Source: a virus. Taken from it: a stretch of DNA of 64,000 nucleotides. Below, piece by piece: positions 1 to 10,946 of this stretch; position 1 is the stretch's first letter, and each line of letters begins with the position of its first letter. The position numbers and the translations under genes are program-made. Location: IMG/VR virus record IMGVR_UViG_3300029342_000002; one strand, 5' to 3'. The notes under the pieces are model-generated. The model saw only the letters and a list, made by a program, of their open reading frames with translations. It ran no database searches and had not been told where the DNA came from.

Positions 1-2
1 AT

Positions 3-3000
3 GCAGAGAAAGAGTTTGACAAGTTTATCGGTCAGCTTGCAGCAAGGTACAAGAAAGAATTTCCGAATATCGTCAACAGTACGCAGGAACAACAGGCGAT
101 GCAGACGATGCTGAAGAACTTTCTTGCGCTGAAGGGCGCGAGCGAGGAAGCCACCATGCAGATACGTTCGGCTCTGAACCGTGCGCTTGGCCTGGAGGAC
201 AAAGACATGGAACAAGCCTTCGCAAGCAAACTCATGAACATGGTGGACTCTGCCTTCCCCGAGATAGCGGACAGGATTCGCGGACACAAGGAACTGGACG
301 CGGAAAGCAAGCGTAAAGTGGAGAACCTTATGCGAGGTGCCGTCAGCGAGCTTAGCATCGCCTATCCGAAATGGGAGACGGAGCTGCAACGCCTCCTTGC
401 CAACTCGTCATTTGAAGCGAAGATCCTGCTTGTGTATGATACGGGAATGATAGACAACTTCGATCCGTTCACTGGACGCATATATAATAATGTGCTCGGC
501 TCAAATATCACACAATGGAAGGAGAATGCCGAGAAGTTCCAAGAGCTTAAACCTTTGCTGAAGGGAGTAAACGATATGTATACCGCCCGCAATAACGCAA
601 AGACCGAACTGGAGAAGCGTTATAACATATGGAAAGCAGAGGAGGACGCCAAAAAGAAGGGCAAGGGTGACGAGGCGACAAGACTGGCAGTAAAGAAGAA
701 ATACGAAGACCTCAGGAAAGCCGCCTACTTAGGACTTGGTTATGAATATGTCCCAGAGGACAAGAAGAGCAACAGAGTGCCTAAGGGTAAGGGTGACAAG
801 GAAGATAAGGTGCTGAAGGCTTGGGAGGAGCGTCTTAATGCGTTTAAGTCTGCCCGTCAGATGTATCAGAAGTATAAGGGGCTTCCCAACTGGGGAGCCA
901 AGAAGGCTGACGATATGGTCAGAGGGCTGTTTCCTGAGGTGGGCGACCTTAGCTTCGACAAGTATCTGGAGAGTCTGGAGAAGTTAGAGAAGGCGCTGAA
1001 GCCTACCACCACGGAGAGAAAGAAAGCCATTACCGCGCTGCATAGGGAGAGAAGCGAATGGAAATACTCCGAGATGCTGAAACCCGAGGCAGACCGACTG
1101 GCTGCTGACTTTGCGGAGATACTGGAAAGAGGCATCCGCCAGGCAGACCTCCATAAGGCGCTGATGGAGAAGACAGGAGATGAGAACTTCGCCTCACTTG
1201 CCTTCAGAGACGGCATGATGTGGGACGACCAGACCCGCGGTATGGCCCAGATGTTCGAGGAAATGACCGGCAGGAAGATAGATGGTCTGCTGGACGCTAC
1301 CGACGCCACAGCCAAGAAGGCATTGGAGGACAACACCGACGCCTATAACCTGTGGAAGAAGATAACCGACCTCGTCAGAAACAACTATACGGGTTACCTT
1401 GAGAAAGCCGCTGACGCCATCAAGGAGACGGCGACTTGGGAGGAGAAGCTGATTGCCGTGGACGCGAAGTGGGACGAGCGCATAAAGCAGGCTGACAGAC
1501 GCGGTGACACCTCCACCGCCGAGCGTTTCCGTCAGATGCGTGACAAGGAGAAAGGACAGGTAATGGACGCTCAGTTCAAGCAGAGCCAGGACTACCTGAA
1601 CTTCTTCGGTGCGATAACCGAGATGGGCGAAGTGAAGGCGCGTGAAGTGGCGGCAGAGATACGTCAGTATCTTAACACAGCCCTGAGAGACGGCAGCATC
1701 GACGCAAGAGAGTATGCAAAGCAGATACAGCAGATAGACGAGCAGCTGCGCAAACTGAGCGAGCGCAGAAAAGGCTTCTTCAACGGCGGCATCGTCGGCA
1801 TAGCCGAGCGTAAGACGGAAGAAGGTAACGCGAAAATCTCAATGGGCGCGACCAGCGTGGCGGCTGGCGAGGAGAAGATCCGCGAGGGCAGGATAAAGGG
1901 TGACATCGCCCTTGTGGCGGAAGGACTGAAGCTCAAGGTGACCGGTGAGGACCTTATCAGAACCGGCAAGAAGCTGGTAGAAGAGGGTATGACGCTGAAG
2001 AAGCGCTTCGAGAACATCGGCAGCGCCCTCGGCGAGATAGCCAATATCGCTAACGGTATCAACGACGCCTTCAACCAAGTCAAGGACATGGCAGACGCCC
2101 TCGGCATAGACACCGAGAGTGACGGATGGCAGGACGCACAGGCAGCGATGTCGTCGCTGACCTCTATCACGGGCGGCATCTCGAAAACCTTCAAAGCCGT
2201 GAAGAGCGGTGACATCGGCGGCGCAGTGAGCGGTGTGGCAAGCATCATAACTGGCCCGATAACCGCCTTCGCCAAGGCCCATGACGCTAAGAAGGAGCGT
2301 CAGATAAAGCTGGCAGAGCGCGAGCTGAAAGCCCTCGAAAACATGCAGACCACCATCAAGAACGCCATCGAGGACAGCTTGGGCGGCATCTACAACTACC
2401 GTATGGACGCGAAGACGACGGCGAAGATGAACAAGATAGTCAGCAGCTACGAGAATGGCGAGAAGAGCAACATCATGCGCATCGCCGGCATCAATCCGAG
2501 CGCCTACAGCAAGGAGACGTACGAGGCAGCACAGAAGAGCCTCGCTGACCCGACGGATGCCTATCAGGCAGAGCTGACGGGCCTGATGGCACAGCGAGAC
2601 CAGCTACAGCGTCAGCGTGCCAACGAGGACGCCAAGAAGAAGACTGACAAGGACAAGCTGGCCGACTACGACCAACAGATAGAGGAGATGGAACGCTCTA
2701 TAAAGAACGCCGCCAAGAACTTCCTCAAGGAGCTGTACGGCGTGGACATGAAGAGCTGGGCAAGCCAACTGACAGACGCCGTGGTGAGCGCCTGGGAAAA
2801 GGGCGAGGACGCCATCGACGCCTACAAGAAAAAGGCGAAGGAAATGGTGAAGGACCTCACGAAGAACATCATCTCGCAGAAGATAATGGAGCAAGCCCTT
2901 CAGAAGCCCCTCGACTTCCTGACACAGCAGATAGAGAAGAAGGGCAGACTGGACGAGTATGACGTGACACAGCTCGCCTCCGACCTCTACTCAGCCGGTG

Positions 3001-3362
3001 AGAACAGCGTGGCGAACATCACCGCTGTCCTTGAGGAGCTGAAGCGCAGAGGCTGGGATTTCTCCGAGAGCGGCAGTTCATCGACCACGAACACCATAAA
3101 GGGTGTGACGGAAGAGACCGCCGACCTCCTTGCCGCATATCTGAACGCCATCCGCCTGGATGTGAGCGTGAACCGCGAGAATATCAAGGCAATAGCCACG
3201 AACGTGTCGCTCCTCCCTGCGATGAGCGAGATACAGAAGAGTCAGCTTGCAGCCATGAACCAACTCGTGACGCTCGCCCAGGTGCGTAACGACCGCATAG
3301 ACGAGATAGTGACTTGGACCCGCAAGGTAAGCAACGGCTCATCAAAGATTTACGTGAAATAA
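3..3362 (+). CDS. tail tape measure protein, 5'-partial (frame open to window edge)
   Basis: No stop between nt 3 and the tracked ATG at 99, so the gene begins upstream of the window. More than 1087 aa of K/E/A/Q-rich helical, coiled-coil-like sequence. Directly precedes tail genes on the same strand. Confidence 0.8.
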   Translation, partial: AEKEFDKFIGQLAARYKKEFPNIVNSTQEQQAMQTMLKNFLALKGASEEATMQIRSALNRALGLEDKDMEQAFASKLMNMVDSAFPEIADRIRGHKELDAESKRKVENLMRGAVSELSIAYPKWETELQRLLANSSFEAKILLVYDTGMIDNFDPFTGRIYNNVLGSNITQWKENAEKFQELKPLLKGVNDMYTARNNAKTELEKRYNIWKAEEDAKKKGKGDEATRLAVKKKYEDLRKAAYLGLGYEYVPEDKKSNRVPKGKGDKEDKVLKAWEERLNAFKSARQMYQKYKGLPNWGAKKADDMVRGLFPEVGDLSFDKYLESLEKLEKALKPTTTERKKAITALHRERSEWKYSEMLKPEADRLAADFAEILERGIRQADLHKALMEKTGDENFASLAFRDGMMWDDQTRGMAQMFEEMTGRKIDGLLDATDATAKKALEDNTDAYNLWKKITDLVRNNYTGYLEKAADAIKETATWEEKLIAVDAKWDERIKQADRRGDTSTAERFRQMRDKEKGQVMDAQFKQSQDYLNFFGAITEMGEVKAREVAAEIRQYLNTALRDGSIDAREYAKQIQQIDEQLRKLSERRKGFFNGGIVGIAERKTEEGNAKISMGATSVAAGEEKIREGRIKGDIALVAEGLKLKVTGEDLIRTGKKLVEEGMTLKKRFENIGSALGEIANIANGINDAFNQVKDMADALGIDTESDGWQDAQAAMSSLTSITGGISKTFKAVKSGDIGGAVSGVASIITGPITAFAKAHDAKKERQIKLAERELKALENMQTTIKNAIEDSLGGIYNYRMDAKTTAKMNKIVSSYENGEKSNIMRIAGINPSAYSKETYEAAQKSLADPTDAYQAELTGLMAQRDQLQRQRANEDAKKKTDKDKLADYDQQIEEMERSIKNAAKNFLKELYGVDMKSWASQLTDAVVSAWEKGEDAIDAYKKKAKEMVKDLTKNIISQKIMEQALQKPLDFLTQQIEKKGRLDEYDVTQLASDLYSAGENSVANITAVLEELKRRGWDFSESGSSSTTNTIKGVTEETADLLAAYLNAIRLDVSVNRENIKAIATNVSLLPAMSEIQKSQLAAMNQLVTLAQVRNDRIDEIVTWTRKVSNGSSKIYVK

Positions 3363-3375
3363 GAAAGGAAACCAC

Positions 3376-3879
3376 ATGAAAGAAAGACAGTTATCCGACA
3401 AGATGAAGGCAGAGGCTATGGGACTGGGCCTCTGCCAGCAGTGGACAAACGAATGGGAGGACAACACCTCGAAGGACGAGATGGTGAGGAAGTTCGTGCG
3501 CGGTATAGACTTCTGCATAGACCACGACTGGCCCGACGTGAAGACCATAAAGCGTCAGTTCGGCGACGTGATACACAACCACGGCGTATGGGCGGACGAG
3601 AACGTCAGCGTGACGAACGCCCCGATGACCATCCTCAACGGAGAATGCGTATGCGACGCGACGTTCGACGGGACGGGCGCGGGCGAGGTGTACGTCCGTC
3701 ATGGGAGCGTGCTCAGAGTGAAGGCGACCGGCTACGCACGGGTGTTCGTGACGCTGAGGGATGCGGGAGAGGTGTATGCCGAGACGGAAGGTCACGCCAA
3801 GGTGTTCGTATACAGATACGGCGGTGAGGTGAGGCTGGCGGCAGGCGACGTGACGGTACGTGAGAAGAAGAAAGAATAA
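3376..3879 (+). CDS. hypothetical tail-module protein
   Basis: 167-aa ORF starting 14 nt after the tape measure stop, same strand. No family recognised. Confidence 0.6.
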   Translation: MKERQLSDKMKAEAMGLGLCQQWTNEWEDNTSKDEMVRKFVRGIDFCIDHDWPDVKTIKRQFGDVIHNHGVWADENVSVTNAPMTILNGECVCDATFDGTGAGEVYVRHGSVLRVKATGYARVFVTLRDAGEVYAETEGHAKVFVYRYGGEVRLAAGDVTVREKKKE

Positions 3880-3893
3880 AAAAATATCGGATA

Positions 3894-3948
3894 TTGCATA
3901 AATATTCACATCATAGTGTATATTTATGCAATATTTTTACTAATTTTG
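3894..3948 (+). promoter_or_regulatory. 12-bp perfect inverted repeat plus TAnnTTTG-like box upstream of next tail gene
   Basis: TTGCATAAATAT (3894-3905) pairs with ATATTTATGCAA (3920-3931). TAATTTTG at 3941-3948 lies 19 nt before the ATG at 3967 and matches the Bacteroidetes -7 consensus TAnnTTTG. Confidence 0.3.
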
Positions 3949-3966
3949 GGACTAAAATAGAGCAGT

Positions 3967-4422
3967 ATGCAATATTATAAAGTGTTGATGCAAAGAGAGA
4001 CGGCAGGAGCTGCCGTAACGGACACCATTTCGGCGTTCGGCATGTACTGCATGGACATTCCCTTCACGATGGCGGCCAAGGCAAAAGAGCCTTCGAAGCG
4101 CGAATGGAAGGACGAGGACGGCGACGACGAATACATACCCGCCGAAGGTCTGAAGATGAGCGCCTATGAGATGAGCGTGAAGTTCGGCATGAAGGGTGAC
4201 AAGGACACGGCGAACAAGAACCTGAAAGCCTTCCTCGACTATCTGCGCGGCGGCACGATGAAGCTGTATTGCGACTACACAAAGATAGGCAGGCAGAACG
4301 TGCGCTTCGTGAGCATCGGCGAAGACGCTACGCTTGTAAGAGACGCCAACGGCGACTTGCTGATAATAAAGATAACATTCAAGGTGAACGATCCTGTCAC
4401 CGACATAACCCTTACGATATGA
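3967..4422 (+). CDS. tail component, possibly distal tail protein (by position only)
   Basis: 151-aa ORF whose stop overlaps the next start (ATGA at 4419-4422). Occupies the slot after the tape measure. No motif confirmed. Confidence 0.55.
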   Translation: MQYYKVLMQRETAGAAVTDTISAFGMYCMDIPFTMAAKAKEPSKREWKDEDGDDEYIPAEGLKMSAYEMSVKFGMKGDKDTANKNLKAFLDYLRGGTMKLYCDYTKIGRQNVRFVSIGEDATLVRDANGDLLIIKITFKVNDPVTDITLTI

Positions 4423-7400
4423 AAGAGCGTATACGAGTGTACCATAAAGACGGAAGTCTTCTGAACGACATGGAAGGCAATGCCGTGGAGCTTAGCGCCG
4501 TGGAGATGACGGACGGCTGGATGGAGGACTGCTTCGTGCAGACCACCATCGAAAGCGCGTACCCCATAAACTTCTCCATCGGCGACTACATTGTATACCG
4601 TGGCGAGCGCTATGAGCTGAACTACGACCCCGGCAAGGCGAAGACAGCAAGAGCAGGCAGTGACAGAGGCGCTTTCAGATACGAGAACGTGAAGCTGAAC
4701 GCCTTGCAGGACGAGCTTGTGAGAGCGCAGTTTCTGGACGTGGTATTGGGAATGGAGAACACGGAAGAGCAGACGATACCCTACACAGCCCTTCCAAAAT
4801 TCGGCTTCTACGTGCAGACCGTGGACGACCTCCTGGACCGCATACAGGCGAACATGGACGAGCAGATGGGCGCAGGACTCTGGGCGCTGTACTCACGAAA
4901 CAAGGAGCGCAGTCTGCAACGAGGCTGTGACGGAACCGTATGGGAGGAGATGTATGGCAAGGGCACTACTGAGACCATCATAGACTCCGCCGCTCTGACC
5001 ATCGACAACCAGAACTGCTGGAACGCCCTCGCGTTAGTGAACTCGAAATGGGACATCAACTTCGTGGTGAGAGGACGCAACGTCTTCGTGGACACGACGG
5101 GGCTGGAGGTTCCGTACGAATTTGTCTACGGCAAGCGCAGGGGTCTGTACGAGATAACACAGACCGCTGATGACAGCCAAGCCGTGACCACCCGTCTGCG
5201 TGCCTACGGAAGTGAGAAGAACCTTCCGACACACTATTATGCCAATCTGTGCGTGGACGTGTTCGGAGAAACATCGAAGATAAGTCATCTTGCCTCCTCG
5301 ACGAACACCGTCCTGCATGTGACCATCCCGAGCCTTAGCTGGGCAGCAGCGGGCAGCTACTTCACGTCAGTGAGAGACGGATCGGCAGCGGAGAGCAGAG
5401 AATATAACGTGACGGTAAAGGCGGGCGACGTTGAAGGCAGAGGCTATGCCGTGTCGTCAGCACGAAAGGAGGGTGAGGGGACAGTCACGATAATCCTGAA
5501 CTCGTCAAACGACGAGTATGGAATGACGATGAATGACGTGGAGGACTTCTACACCGCAGTGATGAAAGAAAGAAAGGTGTACTTCCTTCAAGGCGTGAAC
5601 AAGCAGAGCTTCCCCTCGAAGAACATGATAGCCAATACGGACCAGATGCCGTCCCACATGGCAGTGACAAGGCTGATGCTGCCGGGATTTCCAAAGATGT
5701 CCGTAAAGGAATGGTGGGACACGCAGGCTACCGAGGAAGAGAAGGCTTGGATAAACCCGAGCGGCAAGGAGCACCTTCTTTCAGAACTGAAGAACCGTCC
5801 CTACGTGGACTCGGTGAACATCAAGGAGCTTGGCGTGAGAAACGGCAGCGTGATGTTCGATACGGAGAACAAGAAGGAAGGCATCATCGAGATATATCCG
5901 ACCATCGAAGAGATGACGGTGGACGGACAGCGCATAGACGAACTGAACAGCGGTTCTGCCATCAAAGACAACGGCATCTTCAAGGACGGACAGACCGTGC
6001 CTCCCTTCTCGGTGACGCTTTCCCCGAAGGTGAACTTCGACATAAACATGCTGAAGAAGGAGGACTTCACAATCAGCATGAAGGACGGCAAGTGTGGCGG
6101 CAGAGAGTTTAAGGTGAACGGATCAGTGAAGGAGAACGGCGTGTGGAAGCTGACCCTTGACCGTGTGAAAGACGATGCCTTAGAGCTGTACTTCCCGAAC
6201 AAGGACTTTCAGATGGAGAGCGGAGACCACTTCGTGCTGACCGGCATAGAGATGCCCGACTCTTACGTGGAAGCTGCGTCGGCAAAACTTCTGAAATACG
6301 CCCTCGCATGGCTGGACAAGAACGACTATACGCGATACGTGTTCGAGCCGAAGGTGGACGAGATATTCATGGCGTATCAGCATGACAAGGCGAAGGCAGA
6401 CACCACCGGCAAGACGGCGAGCCTTTACGAAACCCTCAAGGCAGGCAGTCTGCTGCACTTCAGCGACACAGACCTGAAGATAGACAAGAGCGGCGTCATA
6501 GAGAGACTCATCATCCGTGAGGAGCTTGGCAGCATCCCCACTTACGATGTGACCATCAAGGAAGACAAGGACGTGGGAACGCTGCAAAAGATGCAGGACG
6601 CCATAGACACGGTCACGATGAGCGTGAAGTCGGGTCTCTCGTCGGCGCAGATAGAAGGTCTGATACGCAGCAGGGGAGCGAAATACTTCCTCTCAAAGAC
6701 AGATCCCGACACAGCGCAGGACGTTATCCGCTTCCTTCGCGGTCTTACCGTTGGAAGGACTGGGGACGGATATGGCGTGACGGGCGAAGGGGCTGCTACG
6801 CTGAGCAGCTGTGTGGTGGAGAGCGTGCGCAACGCTGAGGCTACTGACGAGGACCGAACCATCGTGGGCGGCAAGGGCTTTGACCTCTATATGGGCAAGG
6901 ACGGCAAGAGCCACCTCTACATTGACTACCTGACGACACGCACGAAGTTCTTCGCAGCAAGCGCTGAGGTAAGAAAGGTGAGCTATTCGGGCGGTACTAC
7001 GCTCTTCTCAAACGCTGGCAGCACAATAATGAAGGTGGCTCACGTACTGGATGATGCAGGAGTGACTGTCGGCTACAAATGCTATGCTGCTGCTGATGAC
7101 GGCACAACACGGACGGCAAACTGGTGGCATGTGGGCATGATGGCGCTGTGCCAGACCTTTAATGTGAAGGCTGGTGAGACGGAGAACCTTCAGAACCGCT
7201 ACTACTGGCGCCTTGTGGTGGGCACGGGACAGGAGACGTTAGAGGACGGCAAGCTGTATGACTACGTGATACTGTCAAACAAGAGGGCGTTCATGGGCAG
7301 CGAGGCTTGCGTGCCGGTGACATCGCAAAGGGTGATAGGCGCTGACGGCAAGGCGTTAGTGTTCGGCGACGTGATGATACAGGTGACCACAACGGGCGAG

Positions 7401-10268
7401 AAGCAGAGCTTGGCGGCGGTGTTCGAGGAGCAGGAGGGCAAGACTACTGACGACGGCAACAACACCATAGCAAACCGCATGTTCTTCGGCTACGAGCCAT
7501 CCGCGGACGGTGGGGAGCCTGACGTGCCACAGCCCTACGACGTGATAGTACAGGCAGGAGACCAGATACAGTGGAACCGCTTCGGCAACCTCATCAAGCT
7601 AACGACATCTACGGAGGACGGAAGCGACAACGGAAACGCGCCCGCTATTGCGATGTATCATGCGATGGGTGCGCCTTACAAGGCGGGAGACACGGTGAAT
7701 CCGTATCAGTGGAAGACGCTGACTTCCTTAGATTCCCCTCTCCTTGTGCTCAAGAATGCCAAGAACTTCAAGTTCTTCACCGATGACAACCCTGACAATA
7801 TCATCGACCCTGTGACGGTGACTTACGACCTTGTACCATCCTCGGAATATATCATCCGCAAGCCGAACTCGCAGACGGCGACACCGAACGACGTGACCTT
7901 CACGCTGACAAAGCGCACGGGCAACGTGTCGGAAACGATGAAGGACGGATATTTGCTGACGGCAGACTACACTACCACGGACGGCGAAAGCAAGAGCGGC
8001 GTGGCGATAAACCGCCTGTCTGACATCGGCGTGAGCTTCTACCTCCTCGCTTCGGTGACGGTACGGGCAACTGTCAAGGCGGACCACACCACCGTGGCTC
8101 TGACACTTCCGATCCTCTCTGACGGCGCGAAGGGCGACACGGGCACAAGCTTCAAGGTGCTCGGCTACGCTCTTGCCCATGCCAAGACATACGCGGAGCT
8201 ACAGCAGATAACGCCCACCGAGAACGGCCTTTATCTCGTTGACGATACTACGGGCATGGAAGGTGGCAGCAAGCGTCCCTGTGTGGTGCAGTGGAAGAAC
8301 GGAAAATATATCGTGTGTGACTCAAACGACGGCGACTCATACAAGATAGGCGAAATACTCTGGACGAATACGGGCACGTACTGGCTGGACATAGGCAGCG
8401 TGAAGGGCGAGGGTGTGGTGATATCGGACATGAGCGTGACGTACGCCATATCTGACAGCGCTACGGTGACACCTACGGAATGGCAGTCGGCCATCATCGC
8501 CGCCACCGACGCGAAGCCCTATCTCTGGACGAGGACAACGGTGACCTACAAGGATTCGGAGGGAGAGCATACGACGGTGTCATACGCCATAGCCTACAAG
8601 GGCAAGGACGGCGACAAGGGAGACCCCGGAGCAAACGGCAAGGACGCGGTGGAGTTTATTCTAAAGAATGCGCCTCTTGTGTTTGACACAGACGAGAACG
8701 GCGTGGTATCGGCAAGTGTAAGCAAGACCGCCACCATACAAGTGATGCGTTCCGGTAAGAACATCACATCGGAGGTGAGCAATCTCTTCCCGAGCAACAG
8801 CAACATGGGCTGCGGAAAACCGACGCTGACAAAGCGGACTGACGGCATAGACGTGACGATATCGGGAGCTTCGATAAACAAAGACAGCAAGCTCGGTGTG
8901 AGTGTGACGAGCGGATACGTAATCGTGTATATGGCAATCGGAAGTACGCTATACTCTCAGCAGATACCCTTTTTGGTGAACTTGGCAAAGTTTACGGGGA
9001 CGATATCGGCTGACAACAAGAAGCTGCGGACGGATTATACGGAGCTGACGAACCGTGTAGGAGCAGTGGAGACGGACGTAAACGGAATCCCTATCAAGAC
9101 GCAGGAAAAGCTGACGAAATACACCTCGACCATTGAGCAGACGGCCCGTGAAATATCGCTGAAGGTGACGGAGGAGACCGTGAACATGGCACGTAACTGC
9201 ATCGTCGGCTCGGCGCTGAGGGAATATGACGAAATAACGCCAATCAACGGTACGAAGAACGTGACGATAATGACGCAGGGCGTGGGTGGCACTAACTATG
9301 CCCAATGCTACTGTATCGGAGCCACTGCAAACTCTTGGACGGGCCTGTACTTCAAGGACGTGCGCGTGAAGCCGCAGACAAAATACATATTCAGCGTATG
9401 GATGAGAATGACGGCAAAGCCCGACAATGGCAGCTACGTGGCTATAAAGACATACAACACCTCCGTGACTGGCACGGAGGTGGCACGCATCCCGTTCCCT
9501 GACAGTCAGACACTGAACGTTTGGGCATTGTACAAGGTGGCGGTGAGCGTTCCGGCAGCATGTAACCGCCTTCTGATAGAGACAGGCGTGAGAAAGAACG
9601 GAGCGATAGACCTGTGTCGTCCGATGCTGGAAGAAGGCGATACGTACCAAGGCTGGAGCCTCTCGCCTTACGACGTAACCATAGACGATGCAGTGGTGGC
9701 GACAGGCTTAGACATCAAGAACGGCATCATCAAGGCAACGGCTGATAAATTCGAGATAAGAAACAACAACGGCGAACAGACGGCTACCGTGAACGAGAAG
9801 GGACGCTTGGAGGTAAAGAGCGGTTTGTTTTCGGGTTTTATAGTGAAGAAGATGACGACACTCACTCCTGATAACATTTCCGAATATCTTAAAAGCTCAC
9901 AGAGCAATGGCTATTTAGACATAGACTTTTCGACGGCTGGCTCATACGTGTGCTTTACGGGCGCGATGAAGGCGAAATTTGGAGACAATTATCCTTCACC
10001 TGTACTTCCTTACTACAATATAGGCAGTATAAGTGCATCACTCGGCGTAACGGCGGAAGAAGCAATATCCTACATAGGACAAATCGTGATAATAGCGAAC
10101 AAGAGCGATACGACGGTAAACGTTGTTTGCGGAGGAACTATCAAGGGTGGCGGCACACAGTCGCAGTGGATAGAAACGGGCTACATGGCTGTGTTGACTT
10201 GCGAGTTCGAGTACACATCGGTAAAGAACTATAAAATAGTATGGAATGGATATTGTGTGAAAATATAA
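4419..10268 (+). CDS. giant tail/baseplate host-recognition protein (~1949 aa) with short collagen-like runs
   Basis: ATG at 4419 overlaps the preceding stop. The tracked start at 4269 would overlap the previous gene in another frame. G-X-Y runs at 8124-8150 (GAKGDTGTS) and 8601-8645 (GKDGDKGDPGANGKD). Size and position are typical of a tail-tip or receptor-binding protein. Confidence 0.75.
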   Translation: MKERIRVYHKDGSLLNDMEGNAVELSAVEMTDGWMEDCFVQTTIESAYPINFSIGDYIVYRGERYELNYDPGKAKTARAGSDRGAFRYENVKLNALQDELVRAQFLDVVLGMENTEEQTIPYTALPKFGFYVQTVDDLLDRIQANMDEQMGAGLWALYSRNKERSLQRGCDGTVWEEMYGKGTTETIIDSAALTIDNQNCWNALALVNSKWDINFVVRGRNVFVDTTGLEVPYEFVYGKRRGLYEITQTADDSQAVTTRLRAYGSEKNLPTHYYANLCVDVFGETSKISHLASSTNTVLHVTIPSLSWAAAGSYFTSVRDGSAAESREYNVTVKAGDVEGRGYAVSSARKEGEGTVTIILNSSNDEYGMTMNDVEDFYTAVMKERKVYFLQGVNKQSFPSKNMIANTDQMPSHMAVTRLMLPGFPKMSVKEWWDTQATEEEKAWINPSGKEHLLSELKNRPYVDSVNIKELGVRNGSVMFDTENKKEGIIEIYPTIEEMTVDGQRIDELNSGSAIKDNGIFKDGQTVPPFSVTLSPKVNFDINMLKKEDFTISMKDGKCGGREFKVNGSVKENGVWKLTLDRVKDDALELYFPNKDFQMESGDHFVLTGIEMPDSYVEAASAKLLKYALAWLDKNDYTRYVFEPKVDEIFMAYQHDKAKADTTGKTASLYETLKAGSLLHFSDTDLKIDKSGVIERLIIREELGSIPTYDVTIKEDKDVGTLQKMQDAIDTVTMSVKSGLSSAQIEGLIRSRGAKYFLSKTDPDTAQDVIRFLRGLTVGRTGDGYGVTGEGAATLSSCVVESVRNAEATDEDRTIVGGKGFDLYMGKDGKSHLYIDYLTTRTKFFAASAEVRKVSYSGGTTLFSNAGSTIMKVAHVLDDAGVTVGYKCYAAADDGTTRTANWWHVGMMALCQTFNVKAGETENLQNRYYWRLVVGTGQETLEDGKLYDYVILSNKRAFMGSEACVPVTSQRVIGADGKALVFGDVMIQVTTTGEKQSLAAVFEEQEGKTTDDGNNTIANRMFFGYEPSADGGEPDVPQPYDVIVQAGDQIQWNRFGNLIKLTTSTEDGSDNGNAPAIAMYHAMGAPYKAGDTVNPYQWKTLTSLDSPLLVLKNAKNFKFFTDDNPDNIIDPVTVTYDLVPSSEYIIRKPNSQTATPNDVTFTLTKRTGNVSETMKDGYLLTADYTTTDGESKSGVAINRLSDIGVSFYLLASVTVRATVKADHTTVALTLPILSDGAKGDTGTSFKVLGYALAHAKTYAELQQITPTENGLYLVDDTTGMEGGSKRPCVVQWKNGKYIVCDSNDGDSYKIGEILWTNTGTYWLDIGSVKGEGVVISDMSVTYAISDSATVTPTEWQSAIIAATDAKPYLWTRTTVTYKDSEGEHTTVSYAIAYKGKDGDKGDPGANGKDAVEFILKNAPLVFDTDENGVVSASVSKTATIQVMRSGKNITSEVSNLFPSNSNMGCGKPTLTKRTDGIDVTISGASINKDSKLGVSVTSGYVIVYMAIGSTLYSQQIPFLVNLAKFTGTISADNKKLRTDYTELTNRVGAVETDVNGIPIKTQEKLTKYTSTIEQTAREISLKVTEETVNMARNCIVGSALREYDEITPINGTKNVTIMTQGVGGTNYAQCYCIGATANSWTGLYFKDVRVKPQTKYIFSVWMRMTAKPDNGSYVAIKTYNTSVTGTEVARIPFPDSQTLNVWALYKVAVSVPAACNRLLIETGVRKNGAIDLCRPMLEEGDTYQGWSLSPYDVTIDDAVVATGLDIKNGIIKATADKFEIRNNNGEQTATVNEKGRLEVKSGLFSGFIVKKMTTLTPDNISEYLKSSQSNGYLDIDFSTAGSYVCFTGAMKAKFGDNYPSPVLPYYNIGSISASLGVTAEEAISYIGQIVIIANKSDTTVNVVCGGTIKGGGTQSQWIETGYMAVLTCEFEYTSVKNYKIVWNGYCVKI

Positions 10269-10279
10269 AATATTAAGAT

Positions 10280-10882
10280 ATGAAAAAGATACGTATAGGC
10301 AATGACATTAACTTCCGATGGACTGTCAAACGTGGCGGAGAGGCAGAAAGCTTTGAGGGGAAAACTGTCAAGGTTCTACTGCGTAATACGTATGGTCGTC
10401 ATTGTGATATTGACTGGCATACAGAACCAGGCGGTATCATCGCTGGCACGTGCTACGGCTCTACGCAGCATTACCTTGGAGCTTACACCCTCACATTAGT
10501 TGAGAACGACGGCGAACGAGGCATGAACACTGTAGATAAAATTGACGTATGGCAGCTTGTGGCACAGCAGGATAGTTCTGTTATGGAGACTAAAAATGAT
10601 TGTGTCGGTTCGCAAGTAGAAACCGTCACGGCTCTCATAGAGTCGGAAATAGGTCTTGGTGGAGCAGCGCAAGTGACAATAGATGTGGAATTAAACGAAG
10701 AGTCATACAACGCCATCGCCAATGCGTCTGTAACAAAGGCTTTCAAGGAAGTGCGTAAAGATGTTGATTCTTTGAATTTGGAAATGAAGGAACTGAAACC
10801 ACGTGTTGAGACGTTGGAAGAAGTTAAAACAGAAGCAATAGACCTAAAGGGCATTGATGATGCCTTTAACGATAGCATATAG
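10280..10882 (+). CDS. hypothetical tail-associated protein
   Basis: 200-aa ORF 12 nt after the giant tail gene. C-terminal helical segment. No family recognised. Confidence 0.6.
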   Translation: MKKIRIGNDINFRWTVKRGGEAESFEGKTVKVLLRNTYGRHCDIDWHTEPGGIIAGTCYGSTQHYLGAYTLTLVENDGERGMNTVDKIDVWQLVAQQDSSVMETKNDCVGSQVETVTALIESEIGLGGAAQVTIDVELNEESYNAIANASVTKAFKEVRKDVDSLNLEMKELKPRVETLEEVKTEAIDLKGIDDAFNDSI

Positions 10883-10946
10883 CATTACAATGAGATTTTT
10901 TACAATCTATATATCAATGTTTTATTAATTAATTTTTTTAAGAATT

